Of a DNA stretch of 64,000 nt, positions 1 through 11,521 are shown piece after piece. Made by a program: the position numbers and the translations under genes. How positions within the stretch are numbered: the first letter of the stretch is position 1; each line of letters begins with the position of its first letter. Under the pieces are notes generated by a model that saw only the letters and a list, made by a program, of their open reading frames with translations, was not told the DNA's origin and ran no database searches. The DNA is taken from contig JBDRGF010000033.1 of the NCBI GenBank assembly GCA_043818055.1, positions 32,001-96,000 of the forward strand, written 5' to 3'. The stretch is from Pseudomonadota bacterium (lineage in GTDB: Bacteria; UBA10199; 2-02-FULL-44-16; JBDRGF01).

Positions 1-497
1 CTTAAAATCTGAATGTGAATATCCCCACGACAGATTCTCCTTATCACAAAGCTCCTCCTCCATGTATACCGCCAAACTTTCACTCATCACACTATAAAGG
101 CCTAACAATTACAAGCCACTTAGCTTTTTTAAAGACATTCCAATCTTGAAAAGCATGCATCAATTCATGTGCTATTGTAGAACAAATATTATTTTTAGAA
201 ATAGCTTCAGATGTTGTAATTTGATTGAAGCTATTAAGCATATGCGTAACATCAAACTCAACAATCCCTCTTAAAATCGTATTCTCTGCTGAAAATTTAG
301 AAACAACATGCGCAGCTGCATCTTTCAAGCTTCTAAAATTGACTTCTACAACATCTACCAAACCAAATCCCTTTGGATAATCTTTTATGTTCAACGCATC
401 ATTTTGCGTAAAGGACAATCCGCTCCAATTCAACCGGAGTTTTTGGGGAACCTATCCGATTTCTAAACCCGCCCCAGAGACCATTAGACACTCTCAT
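1..497 (-). pseudogene. Probable frameshifted zinc-metallopeptidase-like (HExxH) gene, running off the window edge
   Basis: ORF 92-433 contains IAHELMHAFQ. A different frame just downstream reads SESLAVYMEEE, resembling the third Zn-ligand Glu helix. A third frame starts at ATG 497. Confidence 0.35.
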
Positions 498-558
498 AAT
501 GTTGCGCTAGTTAAAAATAAATCTTTTTGAAAAATAACAGGTTGATATCATTAGAGAT

Positions 559-1227
559 TTACTGACTTGCCTTTAGAGAATATTCGGCGTCGAATTTATT
601 ATTTAGACCCTGGAATAGATCTGTGAATACGGGTTCCTCGTTTAACCTACAGAATTTTAAGGCCTTTTTGAGAAAATGGCCGGCTTCTTCAATCCCCCAT
701 CCCTTCCTGAGCACCCCTTCGAGCAGGCTTAAATCGATATTCTTGCCGGAGACGAAACCTTCAAAATCGTTTCCTGAAGACTTGACCAGCATCTCGACCG
801 CTTTGTGTTTGCTCCCCTTTTTTAAGTAAGCCAGCCCCATAGTCGTATATGCCTGATGAGCGAAAACCGGGTTGTTGGGTATGATATCGAGAACCTTTTT
901 GGCCTTGCGGATGGCTTGAGAATATTCGGCGAACTGTTCTATGAGAAGCCTGGCTGAAATTATCTTCAGAGCCGGGTCGTTTGGAAGAAGCTTTTCGGCC
1001 CGGTTGTAGTGACGCCACGCCTCTTTGAATTCCCCCTTCATCTTGAAGAGCACGCCGAGCACCGAATGATATAGTGCAATTGAGACTTCATCTTCAGCCT
1101 TGGATAGATTATTCAGAAGGAGTTTCTGGGCATCGTCATAATCTTTAGCCCCCATCAGTTCAAAAGCGCGCATGCAGACTGCGTTCGGATCGATGATCTG
1201 TTCATTGATATTCTGTTCTTCGATCAT
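559..1227 (-). CDS. Tetratricopeptide-repeat protein
   Basis: Repeated TPR-like helices (ALYHSVLGVLFKMKGEFKEAWRHYNRAEKLLP; AYTTMGLAYLKKG). Confidence 0.75.
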   Translation of the reverse strand: MIEEQNINEQIIDPNAVCMRAFELMGAKDYDDAQKLLLNNLSKAEDEVSIALYHSVLGVLFKMKGEFKEAWRHYNRAEKLLPNDPALKIISARLLIEQFAEYSQAIRKAKKVLDIIPNNPVFAHQAYTTMGLAYLKKGSKHKAVEMLVKSSGNDFEGFVSGKNIDLSLLEGVLRKGWGIEEAGHFLKKALKFCRLNEEPVFTDLFQGLNNKFDAEYSLKASQ

Positions 1228-1274
1228 AACAGCTCGAGAATATCAGTGAATTGAAAATGAAGCAAATCTTTTAA

Positions 1275-1365
1275 AACAAATTCCAAGCTCCAAAAAACTA
1301 ATTACTAAGTTTGGTTTTTGTAATTTGGAGCTTATTTGTTATTTGGAATTTGTAATTTGGAATTT
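1275..1365. repeat. Imperfect hairpin of ~7-nt tandem repeats (AATTTGG/TAATTTG type)
   Basis: Left arm acaaattccaagctccaaa pairs with right arm tttggagcttatttgttatttggaatttgt. Confidence 0.6.
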
Positions 1366-2132
1366 ACCAGAATGGTTATCATCTCCCCATGTATCAATCC
1401 GTTGCTGCAGAGAATCTCGGTTCCATAGAGATCATATGCTGAGCCATCGAACGATGTCACCGTTCCACCCGCCTCGCGGATGATCACGACACCTGCTGCC
1501 ATATCCCACGATTTTAAAAAGAGCTCCCAGAATCCATCGAGGCGACCGCACGCTACATATGCAAAATCGATCGAGGCAGCACCCGGGCGTCTCACCGCCC
1601 TTGCAGTCTTTATGAAATTGCGAAAATTATCGATGTTGTCGAGCTGATCCTCTTCCTGAACATTGTAGGCAAAGCCTGTGCCGAGCATGGCGTTCTTCAG
1701 AGGTTTGCGATCCGAAACATGAATCCGCTTGGAATTTAGAAAAGCCCCATTCCCCTTAACGGCATGAAAAAGCTCTCTTCTGATAGGATCGTATATCACG
1801 CCCATCACCAGCTCTCCTTTAAATTCAAGTGCGATGGATACTCCAAAGAATGGAAAGTTGTGGGCGTAATTTACAGTCCCATCGAGCGGGTCTATGATCC
1901 ATTTATAATCAGCACCTCTCTCATGACCGCTTCCTTCCTCGGCAAGAATATCGTGATCGGGAAATTTTTTTCTGATGGAATCGACGATCAGCCTCTCACA
2001 CGCCTTATCGACCTCCGTCACGAGATTGATCGCACCTTTAAATTCAATCGTATGATGTTTTTTAAGATTATCGAGCTGAATCTTTCCAGCCTTTTTCGCC
2101 AACTTCTGAGCCAGTTTCAAACAATCATTCAT
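1332..2132 (-). CDS. suhB: Inositol monophosphatase family protein
   Basis: WIIDPLDGTVNYAH and WDMAAG motifs; start taken at MNDCLK. Confidence 0.9.
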   Translation of the reverse strand: MNDCLKLAQKLAKKAGKIQLDNLKKHHTIEFKGAINLVTEVDKACERLIVDSIRKKFPDHDILAEEGSGHERGADYKWIIDPLDGTVNYAHNFPFFGVSIALEFKGELVMGVIYDPIRRELFHAVKGNGAFLNSKRIHVSDRKPLKNAMLGTGFAYNVQEEDQLDNIDNFRNFIKTARAVRRPGAASIDFAYVACGRLDGFWELFLKSWDMAAGVVIIREAGGTVTSFDGSAYDLYGTEILCSNGLIHGEMITILVNSKLQIPNNK

Positions 2133-2149
2133 AATTTTTCCTTTGATAA

Positions 2150-2797
2150 TCAGCAAGTCCTTGCAAGTGTGATGAGGTCAACCTGTTTTGCTCCACCCTT
2201 TTTTAAAACTTTTGCACATTCATTTACAGTGGCGCCGGTCGTTAAAACATCATCGATCAGCAGAATATTTCTTCCACTCAACTTATCAAGGGAATTATCA
2301 TCGACGGCATACAAACCCTTCTGATTCTCCAACCTCTCCTTCACATGCAGGCCTACCTGTTGTTTTCCTTTTATCACTCTTTTTAGCAGATGTAGATCGA
2401 CTTTTGTATCGATTCTTTTCCCAAGCTTCTTTGCGAGCTCAGCGGCAGGATTGTACCCGCGTGAGAATAGGCGGCGTTTGTATAGAGGCACAGGGATTAT
2501 CAAATCATAATCCCTCATCGACACTCGATCTGTGAGTTCCTTCACAAAAAAGGTCACAAGATAGAGCGCCGCTTCATATTTGAATTTGTGTATTGCGTGA
2601 GCGAGATCACCATCATAAGCAAAGAGCGATTCAGCGCGATCAAACCATCGCCTCATAAGATGCGGGGCATTGTAATCGCTCTCTATTTTGACAATTGCAG
2701 CATCGCAATCATCACACAATTCAAATTCATCCTGTCTGACATCGCACAGAGGACAGTGAGGGGGAAATATAAAATTTATCAGCGAATGAATTATCAT
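2150..2797 (-). CDS. comF: ComF family double zinc-ribbon/phosphoribosyltransferase protein
   Basis: FPPHCPLC...LCDDC, RGYNPA and LLIDDVLTTGAT motifs. Confidence 0.85.
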   Translation of the reverse strand: MIIHSLINFIFPPHCPLCDVRQDEFELCDDCDAAIVKIESDYNAPHLMRRWFDRAESLFAYDGDLAHAIHKFKYEAALYLVTFFVKELTDRVSMRDYDLIIPVPLYKRRLFSRGYNPAAELAKKLGKRIDTKVDLHLLKRVIKGKQQVGLHVKERLENQKGLYAVDDNSLDKLSGRNILLIDDVLTTGATVNECAKVLKKGGAKQVDLITLARTC

Positions 2798-2799
2798 TA

Positions 2800-2880
2800 C
2801 AAATTTCCAATTAACAATTCTCAATTAACAATTATTGATACATTGCGAATTGGTCATTGTTAATTGGAGATTGTTTATTT
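2800..2880. repeat. 7-mer tandem-repeat hairpin (CAATTAA/CAATTCT family)
   Basis: ccaattaacaattctcaattaacaat ... attggtcattgttaattggagattg; related copies at ~4441-4497 and ~58915-58995. Confidence 0.55.
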
Positions 2881-4425
2881 TAAAAGTGAATTTCCCGTCA
2901 TCTCCGCCGGCTTTTCTATTCCGAGAAGTCCTAGCATCGTCGGCGCGATATCGGCAAGCCCTCCTCCATCCTTTAATTCTCTTCGATCTCCACTGGCGAC
3001 ATATATCAGCGGAACGGGATTGATCGAATGGGCGGTCATCGCCGAGCCTTTTTTATCGAACATCTCCTCGCTGTTTCCATGATCGGCTGTTATCAAAAGT
3101 GCGCCTCCCATTTTCAAAACTTCCGGCACTATTTTGGAAAGACATTCATCCACTGTATGTACCGCTTTTTTTGCGGCCTCTAAAAATCCTGTATGACCGA
3201 CCATGTCGCCATTGGCGAAGTTGGCTACGATCACATCGTACTTGCCCGAATCGATCCTCTTCAAAAACTCCTCCGTAACCTCAAACGCGCTCATCTCAGG
3301 TTTTAAGTCGTACGTAGCGACCTCTCTGGGAGATGGTATCAGCGCCCTCTCTTCTCCCGGAAAGACTTTATCCTCTCCACCATTGAAGAAAAATGTGACG
3401 TGGGCATATTTTTCAGTCTCAGCGATTCTCAACTGCTTGAGGTTATGCGAGCTCAACACCTCGCCAAATATATTATGAAGTATTTTTTCACCGAAGGCAG
3501 TCTTCAGAGGAAGCTTGGGATCATATTTGGTCATGCAGATGAATTCCAAAAGTTTATGATACTCTCCCCTGTCGAAAAAATCGAAGTCGTCGAGCGCCAA
3601 CGCTTTTGTAAGCTGTCTCGCCCTGTCCGGCCTGAAGTTAAAGAAGATTACGGCGTCGCCATCTTTTACATTTGAAACGGGCATGCCATCTTCCACCATG
3701 ACTGAGGGCTCTATAAATTCATCGGTGATCTCTCGTTTGTAGGAATCCTTCACAGCATCGATGGCACTCTCAAATTTTAATCCCTCTCCAGAGACTATCG
3801 CCCTGTATGCCTTCTCGGTCCTATCCCATCTCGTGTCGCGATCCATCGCATAGTATCTTCCCATCACAGTCGCTATTCTCGCACCATCTGTAGCATCGAC
3901 CATCTCCTGCACTCTTTCGATATATTTAAAACCTGAATCGGGAGGCGAGTCCCTGCCATCTGTAAAGGCGTGAACTAAAATTTTATCGATCCCATGATCG
4001 TGAGCCAATTTTAAAAGAGCCTTCAGATGACCTATATGAGCATGAACACCTATATCCGAGCAGAGCCCCATCAGATGAAGTGTTCCTCCATTCGATTTTA
4101 ACTTCTTCATCAGATCGACTAAGTTTTCGTTATTGTAAAATGATCCATCCTCAATCGCTTTGTTGATGCGCGTAAAATCCTGATAGACGATTCTCCCCGC
4201 TCCGATGTTCAGGTGTCCCACCTCTGAATTTCCCATCGTCCCCTCTGGAAGACCGACGGCGAGCCCGCTCGTCTTGATGAGGGTGTGCGGATATTTTTTC
4301 CACATCTCATCCCAAAATGGAGTCTCGGCGAGCCTAATAGCATTACCCTCGCTCTTTTCGCTGTAGCCCCAACCATCGAGTATAATCAACACGACCGGCT
4401 TTAGAATAACGCTATTTTTTTTCAT
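2875..4425 (-). CDS. gpmI: 2,3-bisphosphoglycerate-independent phosphoglycerate mutase
   Basis: LIILDGWG, MGNSEVGH, AETEKYAHVTFF, DMVGHTG and TADHGN motifs. Confidence 0.97.
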   Translation of the reverse strand: MKKNSVILKPVVLIILDGWGYSEKSEGNAIRLAETPFWDEMWKKYPHTLIKTSGLAVGLPEGTMGNSEVGHLNIGAGRIVYQDFTRINKAIEDGSFYNNENLVDLMKKLKSNGGTLHLMGLCSDIGVHAHIGHLKALLKLAHDHGIDKILVHAFTDGRDSPPDSGFKYIERVQEMVDATDGARIATVMGRYYAMDRDTRWDRTEKAYRAIVSGEGLKFESAIDAVKDSYKREITDEFIEPSVMVEDGMPVSNVKDGDAVIFFNFRPDRARQLTKALALDDFDFFDRGEYHKLLEFICMTKYDPKLPLKTAFGEKILHNIFGEVLSSHNLKQLRIAETEKYAHVTFFFNGGEDKVFPGEERALIPSPREVATYDLKPEMSAFEVTEEFLKRIDSGKYDVIVANFANGDMVGHTGFLEAAKKAVHTVDECLSKIVPEVLKMGGALLITADHGNSEEMFDKKGSAMTAHSINPVPLIYVASGDRRELKDGGGLADIAPTMLGLLGIEKPAEMTGNSLLK

Positions 4426-4510
4426 CTATCTCCTCCAGTAACAACTAACAATATCCAATATTCAATTAAAACATTCCTTATTGTAAATTGGGAATTTTCG
4501 CTACACGCGA

Positions 4511-5542
<1,032 letters not shown>

Positions 5543-5774
5543 TTAAGTTTTACCCTTTAGATAACGAATAAAACCTCTGCACAAATTTGCACAATCCTGC
5601 GCCTTGTTAAAAGTTAAATCAAAGTCACCCTTATCAACATATCCTAAATCCAATGCAGCATATAAATGTGACTGCACTTCGATTGAAGATCGAGTAGCGA
5701 AATCTAAAAATATGCCCTACTAGTTCCCTGGCTGCCTTCCAACAATCCAAGTCTTCGAATCGTTCTATCTTCAT
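5543..5774 (-). pseudogene. Four-helix-bundle protein (TIGR02436/23S-IVP-like) remnant with internal deletion and frameshift
   Basis: N-terminal MKIERFEDLDCWKAARELV joins out of frame to FLDFATRSSIEVQSHLYAALDLGYV...RGFIRYLKGKT*. The central QIRRAAVSI..NIAEG segment is absent. Flanked by inverted 8-mer repeats. Confidence 0.75.
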
Positions 5775-5823
5775 TAACTTAAACACTCCTACACTTCTAC
5801 ACTTAAACACTTACTCACACACT

Positions 5824-5850
5824 AAAAAGCCCTCTTATTCAAAGAGGGCT
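5824..5850 (-). terminator. Rho-independent terminator after rpmA
   Basis: AGCCCTCTT stem, short loop, T-run on the minus strand. Confidence 0.7.
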
Positions 5851-5880
5851 CGATAAATTAAATAAGGGTTGTGATCACGT

Positions 5881-6141
5881 TCACGCTTGGGCCGGAAGAA
5901 CGCTTACCCATTGGCGCTTATTCCTGCCGATATGAAATTTTACAACACCATCGGCCGTGGCGAAGAGGGTGCAATCCTGTCCAATGCCTACATTTTTCCC
6001 GGGATGAAATTTGGTTCCACACTGTCTCACCAAAATGTTGCCGGCATTGACAACTTCGCCTCCAAAGCGCTTCACACCGCGACGCTGACCGTGACTATCT
6101 CTTCCGTTCTTTGCCGATCCACCTGATTTTTTATGTGCCAT
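5881..6141 (-). CDS. rpmA: 50S ribosomal protein L27
   Basis: [16 protein letters not shown]...[13 protein letters not shown]. Confidence 0.97.
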   Translation of the reverse strand: MAHKKSGGSAKNGRDSHGQRRGVKRFGGEVVNAGNILVRQCGTKFHPGKNVGIGQDCTLFATADGVVKFHIGRNKRQWVSVLPAQA

Positions 6142-6195
6142 ACAAAACCTCTTGTGAAAATATTCGCAGTTTATTCAAACCGCTTTATAGTGATG

Positions 6196-6513
6196 TTAGA
6201 AAATAATTTTTTTGATCTTAACTTCGGTATAATCCTGACGATGTCCCTGTGTGCGACGATAGCCTTTGCGCTTCTTGCTCTTATAAACGATTATCTTCTT
6301 ACCTCTTCCGTGAGAGAGGATCTCGGCCTCGACCTTCGCGCCTTCAACCAGAGGGGTTCCGATTTTGATGTCCGCCCCGCCGTTGACCATCAAAACATTA
6401 TCAAAATTGAAAACCGCGCCCGGCTCGCCGGCAAGTTTTTCAATCCTGAGATCTTCACCCTCACTGATCTTATACTGTTTACCACCTGTTGAAATTATTG
6501 CGTACACGTTCAT
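6196..6513 (-). CDS. rplU: 50S ribosomal protein L21
   Basis: [12 protein letters not shown]...GHRQDYT; rplU-rpmA-obgE synteny. Confidence 0.97.
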   Translation of the reverse strand: MNVYAIISTGGKQYKISEGEDLRIEKLAGEPGAVFNFDNVLMVNGGADIKIGTPLVEGAKVEAEILSHGRGKKIIVYKSKKRKGYRRTQGHRQDYTEVKIKKIIF

Positions 6514-6626
6514 GCTCCTTCACTCTCCCCCGAAAAGGTCATTTAAATCCAGGGATTCCTATCCTAAACCCACCCCCGCCGTCAAGGGGAAATATCAGAC
6601 CTAATGAAATGTTTTGTACATTTTTT

Positions 6627-6702
6627 TGTCATTCCCTTGATAAGCGGGAATCCAACATAAATTCAACCTAATCTGGATCCCGCATCGGGGTGCGGGATGA
6701 CA
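6627..6702. repeat. TGTCAT(T/C)CC...GGGA(A)TGACA REP-like composite palindrome
   Basis: tgtcattccc...gcgggaatcca ... tggatcccgc...gcgggatgaca; relatives at 44253-44325 and 50962-51166. Confidence 0.75.
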
Positions 6703-6931
6703 TTGTAGGCTCACAAAGCTGCCTTAAAATAAGTTGTTTTGCCCTTTATTGAGTTATAACTAATTGTGTCCAAAGGTCAGTAAATATTCAAAAACAGTGA
6801 TAAATAGTCGATAAATTGGTTTCAATTGCAATTAAAAAGCATTTTTATCAATAAATAACCAAATAATATACCATAAATTATGCCAAATCTTTAGGAATGA
6901 AGTTTTTTGACGAACTGGTGAATGAAGGGGA

Positions 6932-8446
6932 TTATTTTCCAGCTATGTCGAACTGTTCGATATGAGAATCTGGAGAGGCCTCGACAACTATCCTCTTACC
7001 CAGTTTAATTTCCAGCTTTTCCAATGAGTTACGCTCTTCATCGTACAGGACGGAGGCTATATTCGGATGGCATGTTACTACGATCTGCTTTGACTTGATT
7101 TCAGTCGCTTCTCTCATCAATTCCCTGAAAATTTCATAACATACGGTGGTCGGACTCTTTAAATACCCTTTTCCTTCGCAATAATGACAGGGGTTGGTGA
7201 GCTGGCGCCTAAGATCCTCCCTCGTCCTCTTTCTGGTCATCTCCACAAGGCCGATCTCGGAAATCTTTGTAATAGTCGTGCGCGCCTTGTCATCCTTGAG
7301 CGCCTCTCTCAGCGTGTTATAAACCTTCGTCCGGTTTGCCTGCCTCGTCATGTCGATGAAGTCGAGGATTATAATTCCACCGATATCTCTGAGCCTCAAC
7401 TGATATACGATCTCCTTTACCGCTTCGAGATTGGTCTTTAAGATAGTATCTTCGACATTCCTTCTCCCCACGAAACGACCGGTGTTGACATCTATCGCTG
7501 TTAGCGCCTCGGTCTGCTCGATGATGATGTATCCTCCGCTCTTGAGCCAGACCTTCTGGCCCAGAGCTCTCGTGATCTCTATCTCTATCCCTAAGGCATC
7601 GAATATCGGCTCGCTGCCGGTGTAGAGCTCCACCACATTTCTCTGCCTGGGCATGTACTCATTGACGAAATCGAGCACCCTCTCATAGGCATCCTGATCA
7701 TCTATGACCACTTTATCGATATCGGACGTGAAAAGGTCCCGCACAACGCGCGAGATCAGATCGAGCTCCTCCCTCAAAAGCGCTGGGGCTTTAACTGAAG
7801 GCTCCTTCTTCTCGAGATCCTTCCACATCTTCATCAGGAATTCCGCGTCGGCCTTGAGTTCCCTATCTCCTACTCCCTGAGAGACAGTTCTCACAATGAA
7901 TCCGCCACTCGCACCTCTGATCTTCATGATCAGCTTCTTCAGCCGATCGCGCTCTTCATCATTTCCTATCCTTCTCGATATTCCGATATGGTCGATGGTC
8001 GGCATATAGACGAGATAGCGTCCCGGCAGAGATATGTGCCCTGTGACCCTTGCGCCCTTTGTACCCATCGGGTCCTTCTCAACCTGAACCACTATCTCCT
8101 TCCCATCCTTCAGGAGATTTTCGATATATCTTTCACTCTTTACATGTTTTTTGGATATCGCCGCTTTTACATCATCGGTGATATTTGTGCCGATCACATC
8201 CTCTTCCATCCTCGCCAGATTGTCGACAACATCGGAGGCGTGCATGAAGGCTGTCCTGTCAAGTCCGATATCAACGAAGGCAGCTTGCATGCCGGGTAAA
8301 ACCCTGACAACCTTTCCTTTATATATGTTGCCGACGACCGGCCTTTCATTTGCACGGTCGATGAAAAATTCCGAGACGACTCCATTTTCAAGGCGCGCCA
8401 CCCTCGTCTCCCCTACGGTGACATTTATTATTAATTCATTAGGCAT
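6932..8446 (-). CDS. rng: Ribonuclease G / Rne-Rng family
   Basis: GNIYKGKV.RVLPGMQAAFVDIG, AIDVNTG, GGIIILDFIDM. Confidence 0.95.
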   Translation of the reverse strand: MPNELIINVTVGETRVARLENGVVSEFFIDRANERPVVGNIYKGKVVRVLPGMQAAFVDIGLDRTAFMHASDVVDNLARMEEDVIGTNITDDVKAAISKKHVKSERYIENLLKDGKEIVVQVEKDPMGTKGARVTGHISLPGRYLVYMPTIDHIGISRRIGNDEERDRLKKLIMKIRGASGGFIVRTVSQGVGDRELKADAEFLMKMWKDLEKKEPSVKAPALLREELDLISRVVRDLFTSDIDKVVIDDQDAYERVLDFVNEYMPRQRNVVELYTGSEPIFDALGIEIEITRALGQKVWLKSGGYIIIEQTEALTAIDVNTGRFVGRRNVEDTILKTNLEAVKEIVYQLRLRDIGGIIILDFIDMTRQANRTKVYNTLREALKDDKARTTITKISEIGLVEMTRKRTREDLRRQLTNPCHYCEGKGYLKSPTTVCYEIFRELMREATEIKSKQIVVTCHPNIASVLYDEERNSLEKLEIKLGKRIVVEASPDSHIEQFDIAGK

Positions 8447-9079
8447 CTAACTCCTCCACTCAACTTTAGTCTTCATTATCATAATATTCTCGTCTGTAAC
8501 TTTGAGCCCATGCTGGACAAATTCAGCAACCTTCAAACCGGGGCGCAAAGATCTTAAGGCAAGCTCTATCACACAACTTCGAACGACTGCAAGCTTCACA
8601 ACATACGAAACCAAATTTAATTTCAATGCCCTTTTCCCTCGCGTTATATCGACGATCATCTCCTTTGAATCGTTGAATCTATCAACTGCCGCTGACAACT
8701 CTTCATGATTCGAGTTGGGAAGGCTCACCTCATATGTGCTGCATGCAATAGACTCCTGAATCGAATTCACCTTTCCGTTGAGAATAGAGACCTCGACTGG
8801 AGACAAACCGCTCGGAAGAAATTTCTTCAAACCTTTTAGGATAGTATCACACTGCATCTCCGCTGTGAGTTCAACATCAAAAAATTCAACCCCGCTCTCC
8901 ATCCCAACAGAGAGAGCATCTCCCATGCTAACCCTGGGAAGCGGATGAAATCCCTCAGAGTATTTGAGCGGCATACGCGAAGCCCTGCACGCCCGACGAA
9001 TAATATCAGTCACTTCAAGGTGACCAAGCCAGCGTGCCGAAGATTCCTTCGTGTATTGAATGCGATATTTATAATTCAT
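8447..9079 (-). CDS. Radical SAM-linked protein (TIGR03936/DUF2344-like)
   Basis: WLGHLE...YSEGFHPLPRVSMGDALSVG motif; lies between a TIGR03960-type radical SAM gene and rng. Confidence 0.85.
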   Translation of the reverse strand: MNYKYRIQYTKESSARWLGHLEVTDIIRRACRASRMPLKYSEGFHPLPRVSMGDALSVGMESGVEFFDVELTAEMQCDTILKGLKKFLPSGLSPVEVSILNGKVNSIQESIACSTYEVSLPNSNHEELSAAVDRFNDSKEMIVDITRGKRALKLNLVSYVVKLAVVRSCVIELALRSLRPGLKVAEFVQHGLKVTDENIMIMKTKVEWRS

Positions 9080-9123
9080 TTTTGTTAGCGCATAGCGTTT
9101 AGCGGATAGCGGTTAGAAAACCT

Positions 9124-9471
9124 CTATTTAGGGTTTATCATTCTATACAGCATAGCGCCTACCTCTTTCATTAATTCCTCTAACAAATTTTCTTTACCAC
9201 TATAACCTAATTCCACGGCAATCATATATTGAGTTTCTAATTCACAGAGTGAACCATAAGCAACTGATAAAAATTGTTTATATTCTTTATTGTATTGCCT
9301 GCCATATCCCTCCGCAATATTTGAGGGTATAGAAACAGCTGCTCTCCTAATCTGTTGAACAAGGGAATACATTTCATGTTTCGGAAAATTATTGGTAATC
9401 TCATAGAATTCTAAAACCAATTTGTAAGATTTCTGCCACACAACAAGATCTTTAAAGCTATTTGTTTTCAT
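9124..9471 (-). CDS. Four-helix-bundle protein (TIGR02436/23S-IVP-like)
   Basis: FKDLVVWQKS...FPKHEMY..QIRRAAVSIPSNIAEG; flanked by inverted 7-mer repeats at 9085-9116 and 9481-9513. Confidence 0.9.
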   Translation of the reverse strand: MKTNSFKDLVVWQKSYKLVLEFYEITNNFPKHEMYSLVQQIRRAAVSIPSNIAEGYGRQYNKEYKQFLSVAYGSLCELETQYMIAVELGYSGKENLLEELMKEVGAMLYRMINPK

Positions 9472-9509
9472 TCTTTCTTTCCTATACGCTAAACGCTCTA
9501 CGCTATCCG

Positions 9510-11243
9510 CTATTTGCATATTCCACACTTCTTGCACCTTCCAATCTCACACATCGGGGTGAGTTTCGATTCTTTTGCCCTCTCCCATTCGCTCCAGAGA
9601 TATTCTTTTTTTAGATCGACGAAGATGTGATCCCATGGAAATTTGAAATCTTTGTCACACTCTTTTAGATAATCATCAACATCGATCTTCATCTCTTCAA
9701 AGGCTTGTCTCCACAGATCGAACCTGAAATGTTCATCCCACGCGTCGAATCTGCAGCCTAAGTCACATGCCCTTTCGATCAGTTTTGAGAGCTCCCTGCC
9801 GCCGCGGGAAAAGATGCCCTCCAACAGACTCATCTCGGGATTGTGCCACTTGTATTTTAAGCCCGGCCCCCTGAGATCCCTTTTTAATATGGCCTGTTTT
9901 CTCCTTGTCTCATCGATTGAAATCTGAGGGGCCCACTGAAAGGGGGTATGGGATTTGTGCACAAATGTCGAAGTCGAAACTGTAATATTGGGATGCCTGA
10001 TGTATTCTCTTCCGATCGAGAGGCATCTCTTTGCCAGCGCTGAAATGGCAAAGATCTCTTCATCCGTTTCACCCGGCAGGCCCAACATGAAATAGAGCTT
10101 GATATGATGCCAGCCCAATTCAAAGATCTTTTTCACAGACGCGAGAAGCTCTTCGTCATTATTGCCCTTGTTCATCATCCTTCTGAGCAACTCGGAAGCT
10201 GCCTCCGGAGCGAGTGTGAAGCTTGAAGAACGATCTTTTCCTAGCCGTTTCAAAATTTCATCGTTAAGCGCCTCCACTCTTAGTGAGGGCATGGAAATGT
10301 TGAAGGGAAGTTCCGATTGTCGTGCATCCACTGCCTGTAAAGCAGCGCTTAAGCCCCCCCAATCGCTGAGTGAGAGGGATAGAAACGAGAGGACATCGCA
10401 ACCGCTATTTTCCAGCTGAGCGATGGCGAGCCTGACAGCATCTTTCGACGATCTCTCACGCCATGGCCTGTAGATGAATCCTGCCTGACAAAATCTGCAT
10501 CCCCTCTTGCAACCTCTGGCCACCTCTACAATCGCCCTCTCATGCGTCGAACGATAGGGCACAATCGGACTTAAAGGGTATTTGGCATTGTCCAGATTTT
10601 CAATGTGTGCGCGCTTGATCTGTTTCTTGCTAAAATGATTGGGGACATAAACACCTGTGATATCACTTAAACCCGATAATATAGCATCTCTCTTACCTTT
10701 ATTATTACGGACGACCTCTCCGATCTTCAAGACGACATCTTCGCCATCCCCGATGACAATCGCATCAAAAAAATCAGCCACGGGCTCAGGGTTGAAAACA
10801 GAGCTTCCCCCTCCGATAACAACAGGATCTGAGTCCCCCCTCTGAATCGACCGCCTCGGAATGTGCGCGAGATCGAGGATGGTCAGAATATTTGTAAATG
10901 TCAGCTCATATGGCAGCGTGATGCCGATCACATCAAAATCGCGAAGCGGCTTTTGAGATTCGAGCGAAAAGAGGGGGATGCCCTCCTCTTTCAAATGGGA
11001 GGCCATATCGAGGCCGGGGACAAATGCCCTCTCGGCTAGCATCCAATCTTCATCATTTACTATATTATAGAGGATCGAAAGACCCAGGTGGCTCGTTCCG
11101 AGTTCGTAGATGTCAGGATAGATAAGGCAAAATTTGACTTTAGAATCATCCCAGTTTTTTTTACGCTCCCCCACCTCCCCACCTATGTAGCGGTATGGCT
11201 TTGAAACCTTGGGAAGTATCCTGTTTAATTTATCAGTTTTCAT
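9510..11243 (-). CDS. B12-binding radical SAM protein (TIGR03960-like)
   Basis: KPYRYIGGE, YPDIYELG.SHLG, RGCKRGCRFC, APEAAS. Confidence 0.88.
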   Translation of the reverse strand: MKTDKLNRILPKVSKPYRYIGGEVGERKKNWDDSKVKFCLIYPDIYELGTSHLGLSILYNIVNDEDWMLAERAFVPGLDMASHLKEEGIPLFSLESQKPLRDFDVIGITLPYELTFTNILTILDLAHIPRRSIQRGDSDPVVIGGGSSVFNPEPVADFFDAIVIGDGEDVVLKIGEVVRNNKGKRDAILSGLSDITGVYVPNHFSKKQIKRAHIENLDNAKYPLSPIVPYRSTHERAIVEVARGCKRGCRFCQAGFIYRPWRERSSKDAVRLAIAQLENSGCDVLSFLSLSLSDWGGLSAALQAVDARQSELPFNISMPSLRVEALNDEILKRLGKDRSSSFTLAPEAASELLRRMMNKGNNDEELLASVKKIFELGWHHIKLYFMLGLPGETDEEIFAISALAKRCLSIGREYIRHPNITVSTSTFVHKSHTPFQWAPQISIDETRRKQAILKRDLRGPGLKYKWHNPEMSLLEGIFSRGGRELSKLIERACDLGCRFDAWDEHFRFDLWRQAFEEMKIDVDDYLKECDKDFKFPWDHIFVDLKKEYLWSEWERAKESKLTPMCEIGRCKKCGICK

Positions 11244-11254
11244 GAGCACTCATC

Positions 11255-11283
11255 AATATCGGCCTCTCTCTTCAAAAGTTGTC
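11255..11283 (-). promoter_or_regulatory. Putative sigma28-like promoter (CAAC-N15-CCGATA)
   Basis: GACAACTTTTGAAGAGAGAGGCCGATATT on the minus strand; same motif at 32836-32864 and 49032-49060. Confidence 0.45.
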
Positions 11284-11521
11284 TACTTTTGTCATTGACC
11301 ATAAAAAACAGCAACCGATATTTTGACTACAAAACTTAATCGAATATTATAGCTTTTTTCAAAGCATGTTGACGCGCTGCTCTTTATCATGTATCACGAC
11401 CCAGATTTTTTCAGCAAATTGATTTCAGCTGCAAGGCGTCGTGACAAATTTTTGTTTTTTTATATTCTCGATAAAAATAACATTTAAAACCAATAACAAA
11501 ATGATGAAAGGAGGATGTTAA

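Noticed and set aside
6871..6886. Second sigma54-like motif TTGGCATAATTTATGG on the minus strand
   Set aside because: The -12 dinucleotide is GG rather than GC, and the next gene is ~350 bp away beyond a REP
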